Positions 47,188 to 57,813 are shown, counted from the stretch's first letter. The stretch is DNA of 64,000 nucleotides from Minisyncoccota bacterium (GCA_041666545.1 JBAYGS010000002.1:6065-70064), one strand, 5' to 3'. The notes: generated from the sequence alone by a model not told the origin. A program made the numbers and translations.

Positions 47188-48894
47188 ATGATTAACGTCG
47201 ACGAGCTAAAAGCTTTAATTAAGGGGGAAGTTGAAACCTCTGATTCTGAAATTGAAATGGCGAGTCACGACGCCAGTATTTTTGAAGTCCGCCCGCAAGC
47301 CGTGGTTTACCCGAAAGATGTTGAGGATGTGAAAAAGTTGGTTCACTATGTAAGTGAAAAATCGAAAGCGGGCGGACCGCCGGCACTTACGCTTACCGGC
47401 CGTTTGGCCGGCACGGACATGTCCGGCGGTCCGCTTACGGAGTCACTCGTGGTGTCGTTTCTCCGCCACTTCAATCAAATCAAAGAGGTCAAAGAAGAGT
47501 CTCAAGGTCACCTTTCCGGAGATTATTCCAAAGTGGAAATTACCGGTTATGCCGTGACCGAGCCGGGAGTCTATTATCGTGACTTCGAGAAAGCCACTCT
47601 CTCGGCCGGTGGCCGGATTATGCCGAGTTATCCGGCTTCGAGGGAACTCTGTACCGTCGGTGGCATGGTGGCCAACAATGCCGGTGGTGAGAAAACCTTG
47701 CGTTATGGCAAGACAGAACTCTATGTCCGTCGTTTAAAAATGGTTTGCGCCGATGGCAATGAATATGAATTTAAACCTCTGAATACTGGCGAATTAACAG
47801 CCAAAAAGTCATTATCGAATTTTGAAGGTCAGTTGTATCGAAAAATGTCAGAGCTGATTGATTCAAATTTTGCCAAGCTTCAAGCGGCCAAGCCGGCAGT
47901 CTCTAAAAATTCTTGCGGCTATTTTCTTTGGAATGTCCGGGACAAAACGGCTGACACTTTTGATTTGACCAAGCTCATTGTCGGTTCGCAGGGGACTCTT
48001 GGTCTGATCACTGAAATTGAATATGGTCTCGTGAAGTTACCAAAGTACTCGCACCTTTTGGTGGTATTTCTTACTGATTTAAAACAGCTAGGTCAAACGG
48101 CCTCAAAAATCTTGGTCGAGGGCCCGGAGAGTTTCGAATCCTATGATGACCAAACGCTCAAAGTGGCTTTCAAGTTTTTGCCCCAATTACTGAAACAAAT
48201 GGGGGGTAATTTGCTGACTCTGGGTTTGGAATTTGTCCCAGAAATGCTCTCGGTCCTTACCGGCGGTCTGCCAAAGTTGGTTTTGATGGCCGAATTTACT
48301 TCTGATTCTGATGCCGAGGCCTTGGCTAAGGCGCAGAAAGCCCAAGCCTCGATTCGTGAGCTTCACGAAAAGACGCGTGTCACCAAAACCGCATCTGACG
48401 AAAACAAATACTGGGTAATTAGGCGCGAAAGTTTCAATATGTTGCGCAAACATATTCACGGTGTTCGGACCGCACCCTTCATTGATGACTTTGTGGTGCC
48501 TCCGGCTGAGTTGTCAGAATTTTTGCCCCGTCTCTATCAGGCCCTAGATGTTTACAAAGGCGAGCTCACTTACACAATTGCCGGCCATGTCGGTGATGGT
48601 AATTTTCATATTATTCCCTTAATGAATTTGAACCAAGAGAGATCTCGGGAGATTATCAAAGATTTGTCGGTAAAGATTTACGAATTGGTCCACGAGTTCG
48701 GTGGCTCTATTACCGGGGAACATAATGACGGCATTATTCGTACCCCTTTCATTAAAATGCAGTACGGCGAAGAAATTTGTCGGCTATTTGAACAAACCAA
48801 GAAAATCTGGGACCCAAAAGGTATTTTTAATCCCGGCAAAAAAGTCGGAGGCACACTCGAATATGCTTTTAGTCACATCGTGAAATCATCCTAA
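47188..48894 (+). CDS. FAD-linked oxidase (D-2-hydroxyacid dehydrogenase/GlcD-like)
   Basis: GGMVANNAGG, GSQGTLG, GHVGDGNFH, GEHNDG, DPKGIFNPGK. Confidence 0.88.
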   Translation: MINVDELKALIKGEVETSDSEIEMASHDASIFEVRPQAVVYPKDVEDVKKLVHYVSEKSKAGGPPALTLTGRLAGTDMSGGPLTESLVVSFLRHFNQIKEVKEESQGHLSGDYSKVEITGYAVTEPGVYYRDFEKATLSAGGRIMPSYPASRELCTVGGMVANNAGGEKTLRYGKTELYVRRLKMVCADGNEYEFKPLNTGELTAKKSLSNFEGQLYRKMSELIDSNFAKLQAAKPAVSKNSCGYFLWNVRDKTADTFDLTKLIVGSQGTLGLITEIEYGLVKLPKYSHLLVVFLTDLKQLGQTASKILVEGPESFESYDDQTLKVAFKFLPQLLKQMGGNLLTLGLEFVPEMLSVLTGGLPKLVLMAEFTSDSDAEALAKAQKAQASIRELHEKTRVTKTASDENKYWVIRRESFNMLRKHIHGVRTAPFIDDFVVPPAELSEFLPRLYQALDVYKGELTYTIAGHVGDGNFHIIPLMNLNQERSREIIKDLSVKIYELVHEFGGSITGEHNDGIIRTPFIKMQYGEEICRLFEQTKKIWDPKGIFNPGKKVGGTLEYAFSHIVKSS

Positions 48895-49538
48895 TGATTA
48901 TGTTTAAAAAAGAAAACACAGTTATTGTTGTCTTGGTTGTAGTCGCTGTCATTTCTGGTGGTCTAGCCCTTTGGTTTAACGAGATAAGTTTCGAGAGGGG
49001 ACAAATTGCTTGCACTATGGAGGCTAGGCTTTGTCCGGACGGTTCATATGTTGGTCGGGTTGGACCTAAATGTGAATTTAGCCCGTGTCCTTCTTCGGCG
49101 GATAAGGAAACTAAAGGCTGGACCACTTTTACTGATCCGGCCGGAGCCTATTCTTTTAAATATCCGGCCGACTGGCCAACCGATTATGTGGCGACAGTTG
49201 ATTGGCCGCCGAAAGTTAATTTTATAAGCGGGCCATTTACCTGTACCGAGGGTGGTTCACAAATCGCTCGGGCCGGAGAGACGGTGAAGAAATTAATTGC
49301 CGGACGAGAATATTGCATCACCAAAGAAGTCGAAGGTGCGGCGGGGACCATGTATATCCAGTATGTGTACGCGACGGAGTTTGGCGATCGCACGGCCTAT
49401 TTTACTTGGACAATGAGGCAACCACAGTGTTTGAATTATGACCAGCCTAGACAAGGGGAATGTCTGGATGAAGAAAATGCTTTTGATCCGGATAGTCTGA
49501 TGTCTCAAATTGTCGGGACATTTAAATTGAATCAATAA
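48894..49538 (+). CDS. Membrane-anchored exported protein with Cys-rich motif
   Basis: N-terminal TM; CTMEARLCPDGSYVGRVGPKCEFSPCP; FKYP.DW. Confidence 0.7.
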   Translation: MIMFKKENTVIVVLVVVAVISGGLALWFNEISFERGQIACTMEARLCPDGSYVGRVGPKCEFSPCPSSADKETKGWTTFTDPAGAYSFKYPADWPTDYVATVDWPPKVNFISGPFTCTEGGSQIARAGETVKKLIAGREYCITKEVEGAAGTMYIQYVYATEFGDRTAYFTWTMRQPQCLNYDQPRQGECLDEENAFDPDSLMSQIVGTFKLNQ

Positions 49539-49578
49539 TAAATTAAAAAACTCCGTCACCTGACGGAGTTTGAGTTTT

Positions 49579-50193
49579 TTAGATGCTTAAAAGCATCTGG
49601 TTCGGCCGTTTCCACCTAAAGTGGATTGTGCGACCATCTTTAATTTCGGCATAACCCCGCCGTCTGTAGAGAGGTGGGGAGATGAAGCACTCGAAGATGT
49701 GCCGGTGATAGGCTGCGAAGAGATTGGGCCACTTTTCCGAGGGGACTACCGGCCGGGTTTCAATCTTGAAGATTTCGGATAGCTGGTAGAGGCTCGGATC
49801 TCGGAAATTGAGCTCCTCGGCTAGACAGCGTCTGGCAGTTTCAATGGGAATTTCTCTGCGTCCCATCGTCTCACCGATACCATCAAAGGTGTCTCTGTGC
49901 AGAATACTGCCGTCAGGGAATTCCTGACGATCCTCGTAAAGTTCGAAGGTTCGTCCACGACTTTGGTAATAAACTAAGACCATAGCGACATTTACATCAA
50001 GTACCAGCCTAGACTCTTCAGGACGAAAGAAAAGCTGGTCGCGTTTATGATGGTTGAGTAGGTCCGCAAAACTTCTGGCGGTGCCATGTCCCCATACATC
50101 AGTCGAGATGCCGTAGGTCTGAAGTAAGTCAGAAATGGCCCCTTGAGAGAGTAGCTGATCTCTCGGTTCGGCCACCAATTCGGCAGTGGGCAT
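49579..50193 (-). CDS. Hypothetical protein, NUDIX-like
   Basis: E.P.ETARRCLAEEL resembles a degenerate Nudix box. Confidence 0.55.
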   Translation of the reverse strand: MPTAELVAEPRDQLLSQGAISDLLQTYGISTDVWGHGTARSFADLLNHHKRDQLFFRPEESRLVLDVNVAMVLVYYQSRGRTFELYEDRQEFPDGSILHRDTFDGIGETMGRREIPIETARRCLAEELNFRDPSLYQLSEIFKIETRPVVPSEKWPNLFAAYHRHIFECFISPPLYRRRGYAEIKDGRTIHFRWKRPNQMLLSI

Positions 50194-50195
50194 AC

Positions 50196-50480
50196 TTATC
50201 CTTTCTCGGTTGTCGGCGCGCGGAAACTTCCGGCCAATTTTGCCATTTCAGCTTTGCGCCTGACAGTTATGAGGGCGGGGATGGCAAGGGCGCGGAAAGA
50301 ATTTCTTCCCGAATTGAATGTGCCAATTTCACGGCCCTCTTCGGTTTGTTGAATTGCAAATTCCAGTAAACAAAAAGCGTCATTGAAATACGCCTTCATA
50401 GTGGAGTGGCCTAATCTTCTTCGCGTGGCTTCAAGAGTTGCGGCCTCTTCGTCGCTTATTACGAGCTGTAAACGAACCAT
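50196..50480 (-). CDS. Small ribbon-helix-helix-like protein
   Basis: MVRLQLVISDEE..LE..RR; GAAAGG SD; 2 bp from next gene. Confidence 0.5.
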   Translation of the reverse strand: MVRLQLVISDEEAATLEATRRRLGHSTMKAYFNDAFCLLEFAIQQTEEGREIGTFNSGRNSFRALAIPALITVRRKAEMAKLAGSFRAPTTEKG

Positions 50481-50638
50481 AATTGAACCTTTCGCTTTTT
50501 AAGGTGATTCAGTTTCTGGCCGAATGATACCACAAATAATTCTCCAGTCAAATTGCGGCCGGCAATAGGACTGGACAAAATTGTCTAAGTATGCTATAAG
50601 GGTAATGGAAGTACTACATAAAAGAAGAAAGGAAAAAA

Positions 50639-51517
50639 ATGACAAACTGTAATCAGTTGGGGGAGTTAACGCCCTCCGGCGCCGGTATTATTATGAAGGA
50701 GATGGTTCGCCGGGCAATCGTGACAATCCGCAACCAGAGGCAAGTTTTTGAAGTTCAGACCAAGGTTGGCCACAGTGGGCGATTGGATGACATACTGACC
50801 TCGGCCGATAAACTGGCTCAGCTAATCTACCTCCGTTCAATTCAAGAATGTTTCCCTGGCTTTGGAGTCATTGCGGAGGAAGACGGTTTGAGAATCTTGC
50901 CTTCTAGCTGTGTGGCCAAGCTCGCCTTCACAGTCGATCCACTTGATGGGACTAAGGCTTTTGTTCGCCGTCAGTCACATGGTGTCGGGACAATGATCTC
51001 GCTCTTTTGTGACGATGGATTCCTGGCGGCCTATGTCGGTGACATCAATACCCAGGAAATCTACGGGTTTCGTCCTGGTTCACAAAATGTCCATCGGATT
51101 GATGAGTTTACCAATAACGAGACTTTGACTATCCAGCCTAAGCCACTCAAGAAGCAGTATGTGATGCTCCGTGATCCTGAAGTTGCTTACGGTTCGGTTT
51201 TGACTCGGAGACTCATCAATTCCGGCTTCAAAAGTCAGATTATTGACGGTGGCAGTATTGGAATCTGGCTGGCCAGGTTGTGGAAGGGCGAAGTTGGAGC
51301 GGCCCTTGTTCCATCTGGAGTGGAAACTCCTTGGGACGCCAATCCGGTGAATGCCATCTCCCAAGCGCTTGGCTTTGTGCACATCAAGCCTTGCCCGGAT
51401 AACTTGAGTTGGGAAATCTGCCCGATTCAGCCGATTACCAAAACGCAGCGTCGCGAGCATGACCTGGTGATTGTGCACCAGTCCAATGTGGATGAAGTCA
51501 TGTCTGTCAGTTTGTAA
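50639..51517 (+). CDS. Inositol monophosphatase (FIG) family
   Basis: TSAD, IAEE, VDPLDGT, PWD. Confidence 0.85.
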   Translation: MTNCNQLGELTPSGAGIIMKEMVRRAIVTIRNQRQVFEVQTKVGHSGRLDDILTSADKLAQLIYLRSIQECFPGFGVIAEEDGLRILPSSCVAKLAFTVDPLDGTKAFVRRQSHGVGTMISLFCDDGFLAAYVGDINTQEIYGFRPGSQNVHRIDEFTNNETLTIQPKPLKKQYVMLRDPEVAYGSVLTRRLINSGFKSQIIDGGSIGIWLARLWKGEVGAALVPSGVETPWDANPVNAISQALGFVHIKPCPDNLSWEICPIQPITKTQRREHDLVIVHQSNVDEVMSVSL

Positions 51518-51610
51518 AGCGTACCTCGAGCCGGCTGGAAACAGTCGGCTTTTTAATGTAAAAAACGCCTCGCAGAAAACCTGCGAGGCGTTGTAAGGAC
51601 TTTTGTGCCA

Positions 51611-52276
51611 CTACTTCGACGTTTGTCGAACCTTCCGGTACTCCCGGAGGCAGTCCATCGTCGACGAATCGACTCCGTAACCGCCGTATGACATACCCTC
51701 AACCGCGAAGAGGGCACCGCCGAAGGTTCGGTCTCGGCCGAGGTGAAGCGATTCACCCTCTTCCGGGATCCGACCGACCCAACGGACAAGCGGAACCGAG
51801 ATGGTCCGGAAGCGGTTCTTCAGAACCAGGCATTCCAGATCGGGCGAACCCTCGAAGCCGTCGAGGATTTTGGTGGTGGCGATGACTTTGTAGCTCGCTG
51901 CCTCGACGTAGAGGTTATCCGAGATGACTCGGAATTGCCCCCGGATTTCCTTGGCGAATTCCGTCCAGGATTTCAAGCTTTTGATTTCCTGTTCGTCACC
52001 CTCTTTGGGGTAGACGAAATAGGCCGAGTCGGCGTCGATCCGATACGCCGTGATTTCCAACTTTGTGAGTTCTCCATCCGGCGCGAAGTGTGCCAGCATC
52101 TGAATGGCCGGGGTCTTGCCGGTCTGCTTCCAGATCGTGAGGACCTGGCAGATCGAGTTGTTATTGGCCAGGATCGTTGGCTCGACCGAGAACGACCGCC
52201 CCGTCGGCGGTGCCGGTTGGGCGTAGGCAATCGTGGTGGCAATGAGCAGAGAGCAGAGGAGCATCAGTTTCTTCAT
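51611..52276 (-). CDS. Hypothetical secreted protein, GC-rich
   Basis: Signal peptide MKKLMLLCSLLIATTIAYA; AAGGA SD; TTGACA..TATAAT on minus strand. Confidence 0.65.
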   Translation of the reverse strand: MKKLMLLCSLLIATTIAYAQPAPPTGRSFSVEPTILANNNSICQVLTIWKQTGKTPAIQMLAHFAPDGELTKLEITAYRIDADSAYFVYPKEGDEQEIKSLKSWTEFAKEIRGQFRVISDNLYVEAASYKVIATTKILDGFEGSPDLECLVLKNRFRTISVPLVRWVGRIPEEGESLHLGRDRTFGGALFAVEGMSYGGYGVDSSTMDCLREYRKVRQTSK

Positions 52277-52420
52277 CTTTTTCCTTTTGGTTTGAGCTGG
52301 ATTTTGTCGGTTATTTTTGGGTTTTCCAGCTTTCTATGTATATTATATCAAATTTAAACCAGATTGTCAATACACGCAAAATCCCTTAGAATATGAGCTT
52401 TTGCGTGATAAAATTCTAAG

Positions 52421-52762
52421 ATGACAATAACCTATGAGGATTTTGAAAAGGTGGATATTCGGGTTGGAAAAGTGATTCAGATTTCTGATTTCCCGGAAGC
52501 CAAAAAGCCGGCTTTTAAGTTGAAGATTGATTTTGGCCCAGAAATAGGAACCAGGGTTTCCAGTGTCCAAGCAGTCGGTCCGCATACCAAAGATGAACTT
52601 CTGGGGAAGTTGGTTTGTTGTGTGATAAATTTCCCGCCTAAAAGTATTGCCGGTTTTCAGTCGGAGGTGTTGACTCTGGGTTTTAAAAATAATTCCGGTC
52701 TCGGCTGGGTCCTGGTCTCGCCACTTAAAGATTCGGTCGATCCTGGTAGCAAATTGGCCTAG
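52421..52762 (+). CDS. csaA: CsaA/tRNA-binding OB-fold protein
   Basis: DFEKVDIRVG, PEAKKPA.KL.IDFG.EIG, NFPPK.IAGF.SEVL.LG. Confidence 0.88.
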   Translation: MTITYEDFEKVDIRVGKVIQISDFPEAKKPAFKLKIDFGPEIGTRVSSVQAVGPHTKDELLGKLVCCVINFPPKSIAGFQSEVLTLGFKNNSGLGWVLVSPLKDSVDPGSKLA

Positions 52763-52795
52763 TGAAAATCTTACTTGCTGTTAAAATAAAATTGT

Positions 52796-53692
52796 ATGAT
52801 TGAGAAAATTGCACAACCGGTAGGACTTGATTTTGAAAGTCAATTTGTCAGACGCGAGCAGGTTGAGACTGCCGGCGGCACGGCCGAAGTTTTGGACTTA
52901 GAACCTGAAAACCCAAAAGAAGAGACCCCTGTCTTTTTTGCTCCCGGTTGGGGTTGCAACTCTGAAGTTTACAAGTTTGCCTTGAAAGAAATTTTTGATA
53001 ATGATCGGCGGACAATTACCGTCAATCATCCGAGAGTTGGCGGGCAAGCGCCGATGGATTTTAGGCATGCCAGATTGTCGCCGGATTTTCCTAAAAATGA
53101 GGTTCGCAAGGCTCTGACAATTCTCGATGTACTCAAGGCCGAAGGTGTCGAAAAGACTGATATGATTATGCACTCTGAATCAGCGATCAACGGAATTATC
53201 GCTGCGACACTTGAACCGGAAAGATTTCGCAACTTGGTTTTGTTTGCGCCATCCGGTCTTATTGGCAAGGATACTTTTCCCAGATTGCTCCAAGGTTTTT
53301 TTGAGCAAGGAAAAGGCCGGGCGGAATCGATGAAAGAGTTTCCAGTGACGGAAAAAGAAAAATGGGCGGCGGAAACCGCACTGCGCGAATCAGTTAAATA
53401 TGCTCTCAAGAATCCTCTGCGCGCCACGATGGAGGCGATGGATATTTCGGAGACTCAAATTGATGAAATGCTCCAGGCTCTGCGTGAGCAGGGAATTGGC
53501 ATTGTGGTCATGGCGACTGTCGATGACCCGGTCTTTCCGATGGAATTGGTGCAAAAGGCGGTGGATACTAAAAAAGTTGATGGTTTTATTTCGTTAAAAG
53601 GTGGCCATGGCGCGATTGGCGAACACCCTGAGAGATATGTGGCTTTGGCACTAAAGATGCTCGATGCCTTGAAAGCTAAGGCGGAAAAGTAA
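52796..53692 (+). CDS. Alpha/beta hydrolase fold protein
   Basis: FAPGWG, MHSES elbow, PERF..LVL, DDPVFP, GGH. Confidence 0.75.
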   Translation: MIEKIAQPVGLDFESQFVRREQVETAGGTAEVLDLEPENPKEETPVFFAPGWGCNSEVYKFALKEIFDNDRRTITVNHPRVGGQAPMDFRHARLSPDFPKNEVRKALTILDVLKAEGVEKTDMIMHSESAINGIIAATLEPERFRNLVLFAPSGLIGKDTFPRLLQGFFEQGKGRAESMKEFPVTEKEKWAAETALRESVKYALKNPLRATMEAMDISETQIDEMLQALREQGIGIVVMATVDDPVFPMELVQKAVDTKKVDGFISLKGGHGAIGEHPERYVALALKMLDALKAKAEK

Positions 53693-53720
53693 AATCTTGC
53701 TTTTGTGCTAAAATGTGCCC

Positions 53721-55532
53721 ATGTCTGACATGCTCCAGAAATCGCCTAAAAAGGCCTTATTTTGCATTAGTTCACTTGGCCTAGGTCATGCAACCAGAAC
53801 CCTGCCGATTGCAAAGATCTATGGGAAGACCCACGAGCTTCATGTTGTCTCAACTGGCTCGGCCTTAGCTTTTCTTAGGCAGGAACTCGCTTCAACCGGG
53901 GCAGTTTTTTATGATTTTCCCGATTATCCGCCAATTGAAAGAGGACGAGGTCTGAAATTTTATCTTTATTTCATTTTTGACTCCCTCAGGATTTTTGGTG
54001 TCATTCGCCGAGAGCATCGTTTTGCTTTCGACCTGGCCAAGAAAAATAGTTTTGATTTTATTATTTCTGACGGTCGCTATGGCGCCTATGTCAAAGGAAC
54101 GCCGTCCTTTTTAATTTCACATCAGATCAGTTTTGTAGCGCCGGCTTGGTTTCGGCCATTTACATGGATTTCCGATCTTTTCAACTACCGGCAGTTTAGG
54201 AAGTTTGATGAGATCATAATTCCTGATTACGAAGATCCTAAATTTAGCCTGGCTGGCCGTCTGTCTCATCATCCGATGCTTAGAAAACTTAAGCATAATT
54301 TTGTCGGTGTCCTCTCGTCGATTGAGAGGGTGGAGGTGACCGAAGAGGTCGACTATCTTTTTACTTTGAGTGGTTATTTACAGGAACACAAAGAGCCGTT
54401 TCTCAAAGAGCTTTTTGCTGAGGCCGAGAATTTGTCTGGGCAAAAAGTTTTTGTCCTTGGTAAGGCGGAAGTCGGAGTTATTACTCCAGAAGAAAAATCT
54501 GCCGAGATTACGGTTTATCAGAATGCCACCGGCGATTTGCGCGCCAGGCTTTTCAGTTCGGCCAGGTTTATAATTTCCCGAGCCGGTTACAGCACCATTA
54601 TGGATTTGGCGGAATTGGAGAAGCCGGCTTTTTTGGTGCCGACACCGAATCAGACTGAACAAGAATATTTGGCCAAGCATCATTTGAGGCAGGATAATTT
54701 TCTTTTCCCGCCCGCCAAGCTCGGCGACCTAAGTGGTACCTCGAAGCCGGCTATCAAAGTGCCTTGGAAAACAGCCGAGTCGGTAAGGCGAGTGAAGAAA
54801 ATTGTTGACAGTTATTTCCGACAGCCGTTCTTTTCGATTATTGTTCCGGCACACAACGAGGAGAAGTATCTTGGTGATACTCTGACGCATCTGAAGTCTT
54901 TGGACTACCCCAAAAATCTTTATGAGGTAATCGTGGTTGAAAATGGTTCAACTGATCGAACCCTTGAGATTGCCCGCCGCTACGAAGGTGAAAATATTAA
55001 GGTTTGGCAAATGACAGGGAAGGGAGTTTCTCGGGCGCGGAATTTCGGCTCCGATAAGGCGAATCCGGAGAGCGATTGGCTGATTTTCCTTGATGCGGAC
55101 ACTGTAATAGAGAAGCCACTTTTGCTTGAAATTGCCAAGCATTTAAAGGCTAATCAACAAACTAATTTCTCAATTGGTACGACCGAGGTTGACCCGCTCG
55201 GTGACCTTAGGCTGAAAGCCAAAATTTGGTTTTGGATATATAATCTAGGGCATCGCCTTACCAAAACCTCCTTTGCCGTTCAGATTTTCAAGGCCAAACT
55301 TAAAAACCAGGTTCGCTTTGATGAAACCTTGACCTTGTCAGAGGATTTGAAATTTATCAAAGATGCTCAGGCTTTTGGGAAATTCTTTTATCTGCCAACT
55401 CGAAGTGTTCTGACTTCAACGCGACGGTTTGATCGAGTTGGTTGGTTAAAATTATTTATTGAGTGGAACTTCCAGGCTATTTTTATTCCGGAGCAGAAGA
55501 AGCAAAAAATGCAATACAAAGTAATACGTTAA
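53721..55532 (+). CDS. Fused glycosyltransferase: GT-B (GT1/GT28-like) + GT2
   Basis: GLGHATR, ISRAGYST, PTPNQTEQ; then IIVPAHNEE, NGSTD, FLDAD, ED, STRR. Confidence 0.88.
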   Translation: MSDMLQKSPKKALFCISSLGLGHATRTLPIAKIYGKTHELHVVSTGSALAFLRQELASTGAVFYDFPDYPPIERGRGLKFYLYFIFDSLRIFGVIRREHRFAFDLAKKNSFDFIISDGRYGAYVKGTPSFLISHQISFVAPAWFRPFTWISDLFNYRQFRKFDEIIIPDYEDPKFSLAGRLSHHPMLRKLKHNFVGVLSSIERVEVTEEVDYLFTLSGYLQEHKEPFLKELFAEAENLSGQKVFVLGKAEVGVITPEEKSAEITVYQNATGDLRARLFSSARFIISRAGYSTIMDLAELEKPAFLVPTPNQTEQEYLAKHHLRQDNFLFPPAKLGDLSGTSKPAIKVPWKTAESVRRVKKIVDSYFRQPFFSIIVPAHNEEKYLGDTLTHLKSLDYPKNLYEVIVVENGSTDRTLEIARRYEGENIKVWQMTGKGVSRARNFGSDKANPESDWLIFLDADTVIEKPLLLEIAKHLKANQQTNFSIGTTEVDPLGDLRLKAKIWFWIYNLGHRLTKTSFAVQIFKAKLKNQVRFDETLTLSEDLKFIKDAQAFGKFFYLPTRSVLTSTRRFDRVGWLKLFIEWNFQAIFIPEQKKQKMQYKVIR

Positions 55533-55537
55533 TTTAG

Positions 55538-56926
55538 ATGGACTTTCTCGATTCAATTTTGACGGCAATCGGAGCTTTTATCGGCGCGCACACCGTGCTC
55601 ACTTACGCCATCCTTTTCTGGGGCTCATTTTTTGAAACCTTAATCGGCATCGGCTTCTTTCTCTATGGTGAGCTGATTTTTATTCCAGCCTCGCTCTTGG
55701 CCGGTGCTCATGTATTAAATATTTGGTTGGTCAGCTTTTTCCTGATCGCCGGTGGAATTGCGGGGGATAGCGCCAGCTTTTTCATTGGTCGCAAATATGG
55801 CGTTAAGCTCTTCAAGGAGGAGCACCGCTTTCTGAATCATACTAATAGGGCCAAAGGTGAAGAGTTTTTCAAAAAGTATGGTGATAAGGGAATCTTCCTG
55901 GCTCGTTTGCTTGGTCCCTTGTCCTGGATCACACCTTTTTTGGCCGGAATTTATGCGGTGCCCTACAGTCGTTTTCTAAAGTACAACATTCCCGGAGTTT
56001 TTGCCGGCATCGGAGAATTTCTCATTGTTGGTTATTTCTTCGGCAGCCGTTATAAAGAAGTTTTATCCTTCATTCAGACTTATGTCGCGATCATCATTTT
56101 TGTAATTTTGGTTTCGGCAGCGGTTTATCTGATTGTCAAAAGAAATTATCCGCAACTTTTGGCTCAGGTTCGTAATCTTTGGCAATATGAAAAACGCAAA
56201 TTGTTCAAGAGTGTTTTAAAACATATGGCTGCAGTTATTCTGATTGTGTTTCTGATTTATGTTGCTTTCCTTTACATCCTATTTTTTGTCGAAGGTGGAA
56301 CTAATAATCAACCGACGAGGACTAATTTGCCGATTTTTATGGCACTTAACGAACTTCAAAGTGAGACTAATTTTCTGGTATTTCGAGACGGTGCCAAACA
56401 GCCGGTCCAGCCGGTGAATGTGATAATGGTTTTGAAAGGTGATGTCGAGGACCGTTTTCAAAATAATAACTGGCTCAGAGATGTGCTGTTTTCTGAAGCC
56501 AACCTGACGGCCAAAGCCTTTATTAGACTTTGGCGGGATCATGAGCCACCAGTTTCTGATTTATTCCTGGACGGGTACCCGCAGGAATTGGCGTTTCAGG
56601 AAAAGACTCAATCATCCTTGCGTCGTTTACATATTCGCCTCTGGCCGATTGGTTTTCTGGAAAATCAAGAGACTCGAGTCTATTTAGGTTCGGTGAGCAG
56701 CGATGACGGTCTAAGCCTGGCAATCTACAATCATTTTCCGGTGCCATTTCATCAAGTGAGTCCAGATGCCGATTCGGCAAGAGATGCGATTGCCACTGCC
56801 TTTTTGGGCGATCTAGCCTTGGCGAGCAGTACCTATGAGACTTGGGGTAAGGTTGTTGCCAGTACCAAAGACGATGAACAGGCGTATTTTACCGATGGAC
56901 GAGTTTTATTGCTTCAGTTTAAATAA
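55538..56926 (+). CDS. DedA-family membrane protein with C-terminal LssY-like domain
   Basis: GD..SF.IGR, F.KYG..IFLAR, AG..P..RF..YN; QPVNV, PPVS.LFL.G..Q..AFQ, R.HIRLW. Confidence 0.82.
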   Translation: MDFLDSILTAIGAFIGAHTVLTYAILFWGSFFETLIGIGFFLYGELIFIPASLLAGAHVLNIWLVSFFLIAGGIAGDSASFFIGRKYGVKLFKEEHRFLNHTNRAKGEEFFKKYGDKGIFLARLLGPLSWITPFLAGIYAVPYSRFLKYNIPGVFAGIGEFLIVGYFFGSRYKEVLSFIQTYVAIIIFVILVSAAVYLIVKRNYPQLLAQVRNLWQYEKRKLFKSVLKHMAAVILIVFLIYVAFLYILFFVEGGTNNQPTRTNLPIFMALNELQSETNFLVFRDGAKQPVQPVNVIMVLKGDVEDRFQNNNWLRDVLFSEANLTAKAFIRLWRDHEPPVSDLFLDGYPQELAFQEKTQSSLRRLHIRLWPIGFLENQETRVYLGSVSSDDGLSLAIYNHFPVPFHQVSPDADSARDAIATAFLGDLALASSTYETWGKVVASTKDDEQAYFTDGRVLLLQFK

Positions 56927-57740
56927 TCAGTTTGGCAATTAGACAGGCCTCATCCCCGGTTGCGGCTTTTTGATTAGGGAAGAGGATTTGGCTATTTCTG
57001 CCGGCCCGATATTTAAGATTTCCACTGGTGGCAAAAATTGTGCCAGCCTTTAGTAGGGCACAAGTGTAATAAGTTTTTGAGAACTTAAAATTCGCGCTGT
57101 CTTTGCAAACCCTTTTTTGCAGTTTTGAATAAATCTGGCGCTGGCGAGGTTCTTTTTGTTGCCGACTCTTTGTGGCTCCGTAGTATTCCAAAAACTGCCT
57201 GACGGATTTTATGGCTAGGGGTAAATACTTTTTGGCCTTAGAATTTGGACCCAATTCCAAGCAGATTGCGGGTTTACCCAAAGATCGCATATAGCCATCG
57301 GTCGAGCCGATGTCAAATTTGTCCCAACCGGAGATGACAAACTGAAAGTCCATTTTTCGGGCTAAGTCGTAGGAATCTTTTTCGCCAATAACAAAAGGCG
57401 AACCCTTCCTGTCGCTGAAGGCGTGGAGATCTAAAAAAGCATCCGCCTTGTCTAAAATGCGCATCAGAGTCCGGGCTCGATTGTCCTCGTAAGATTTCCC
57501 GCAGTTATTAGGCAAGCAGGAACGGTTCAGGTCTTTCTTGATTTTTCGAGTGTTGGCGAGAATAGCCTCGGGATTGGCATAGACAAAATAAACCGTGCCG
57601 AATTCTATTTCGATTTTAGGAATAATTTTATCAAGTGCCAGTACGCCGACTTTTTCATTGCCGTGAACGCCGGCAAAAACCGCCAGGGTTTTGCCGGGCT
57701 TTTGTCCCTTTTTGATGAAGATAGTTTTTTGATATTTCAT
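56919..57740 (-). CDS. Succinylglutamate desuccinylase/aspartoacylase (M14) family
   Basis: GVHGNE, DLNR, LDLH, LELG. Confidence 0.85.
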   Translation of the reverse strand: MKYQKTIFIKKGQKPGKTLAVFAGVHGNEKVGVLALDKIIPKIEIEFGTVYFVYANPEAILANTRKIKKDLNRSCLPNNCGKSYEDNRARTLMRILDKADAFLDLHAFSDRKGSPFVIGEKDSYDLARKMDFQFVISGWDKFDIGSTDGYMRSLGKPAICLELGPNSKAKKYLPLAIKSVRQFLEYYGATKSRQQKEPRQRQIYSKLQKRVCKDSANFKFSKTYYTCALLKAGTIFATSGNLKYRAGRNSQILFPNQKAATGDEACLIAKLII

Positions 57741-57813
57741 ATTTTTTTCAGCGTCCTAATTATTAAGTAAGGCGCTGGAGAAAATGGGGAAGGACTGAAC
57801 CTTCCCCGTGTGC

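Noticed and set aside
51743-52357. 204-aa plus-strand ORF
   Set aside because: Antisense shadow of the GC-rich secreted protein, which has a signal peptide, SD and promoter
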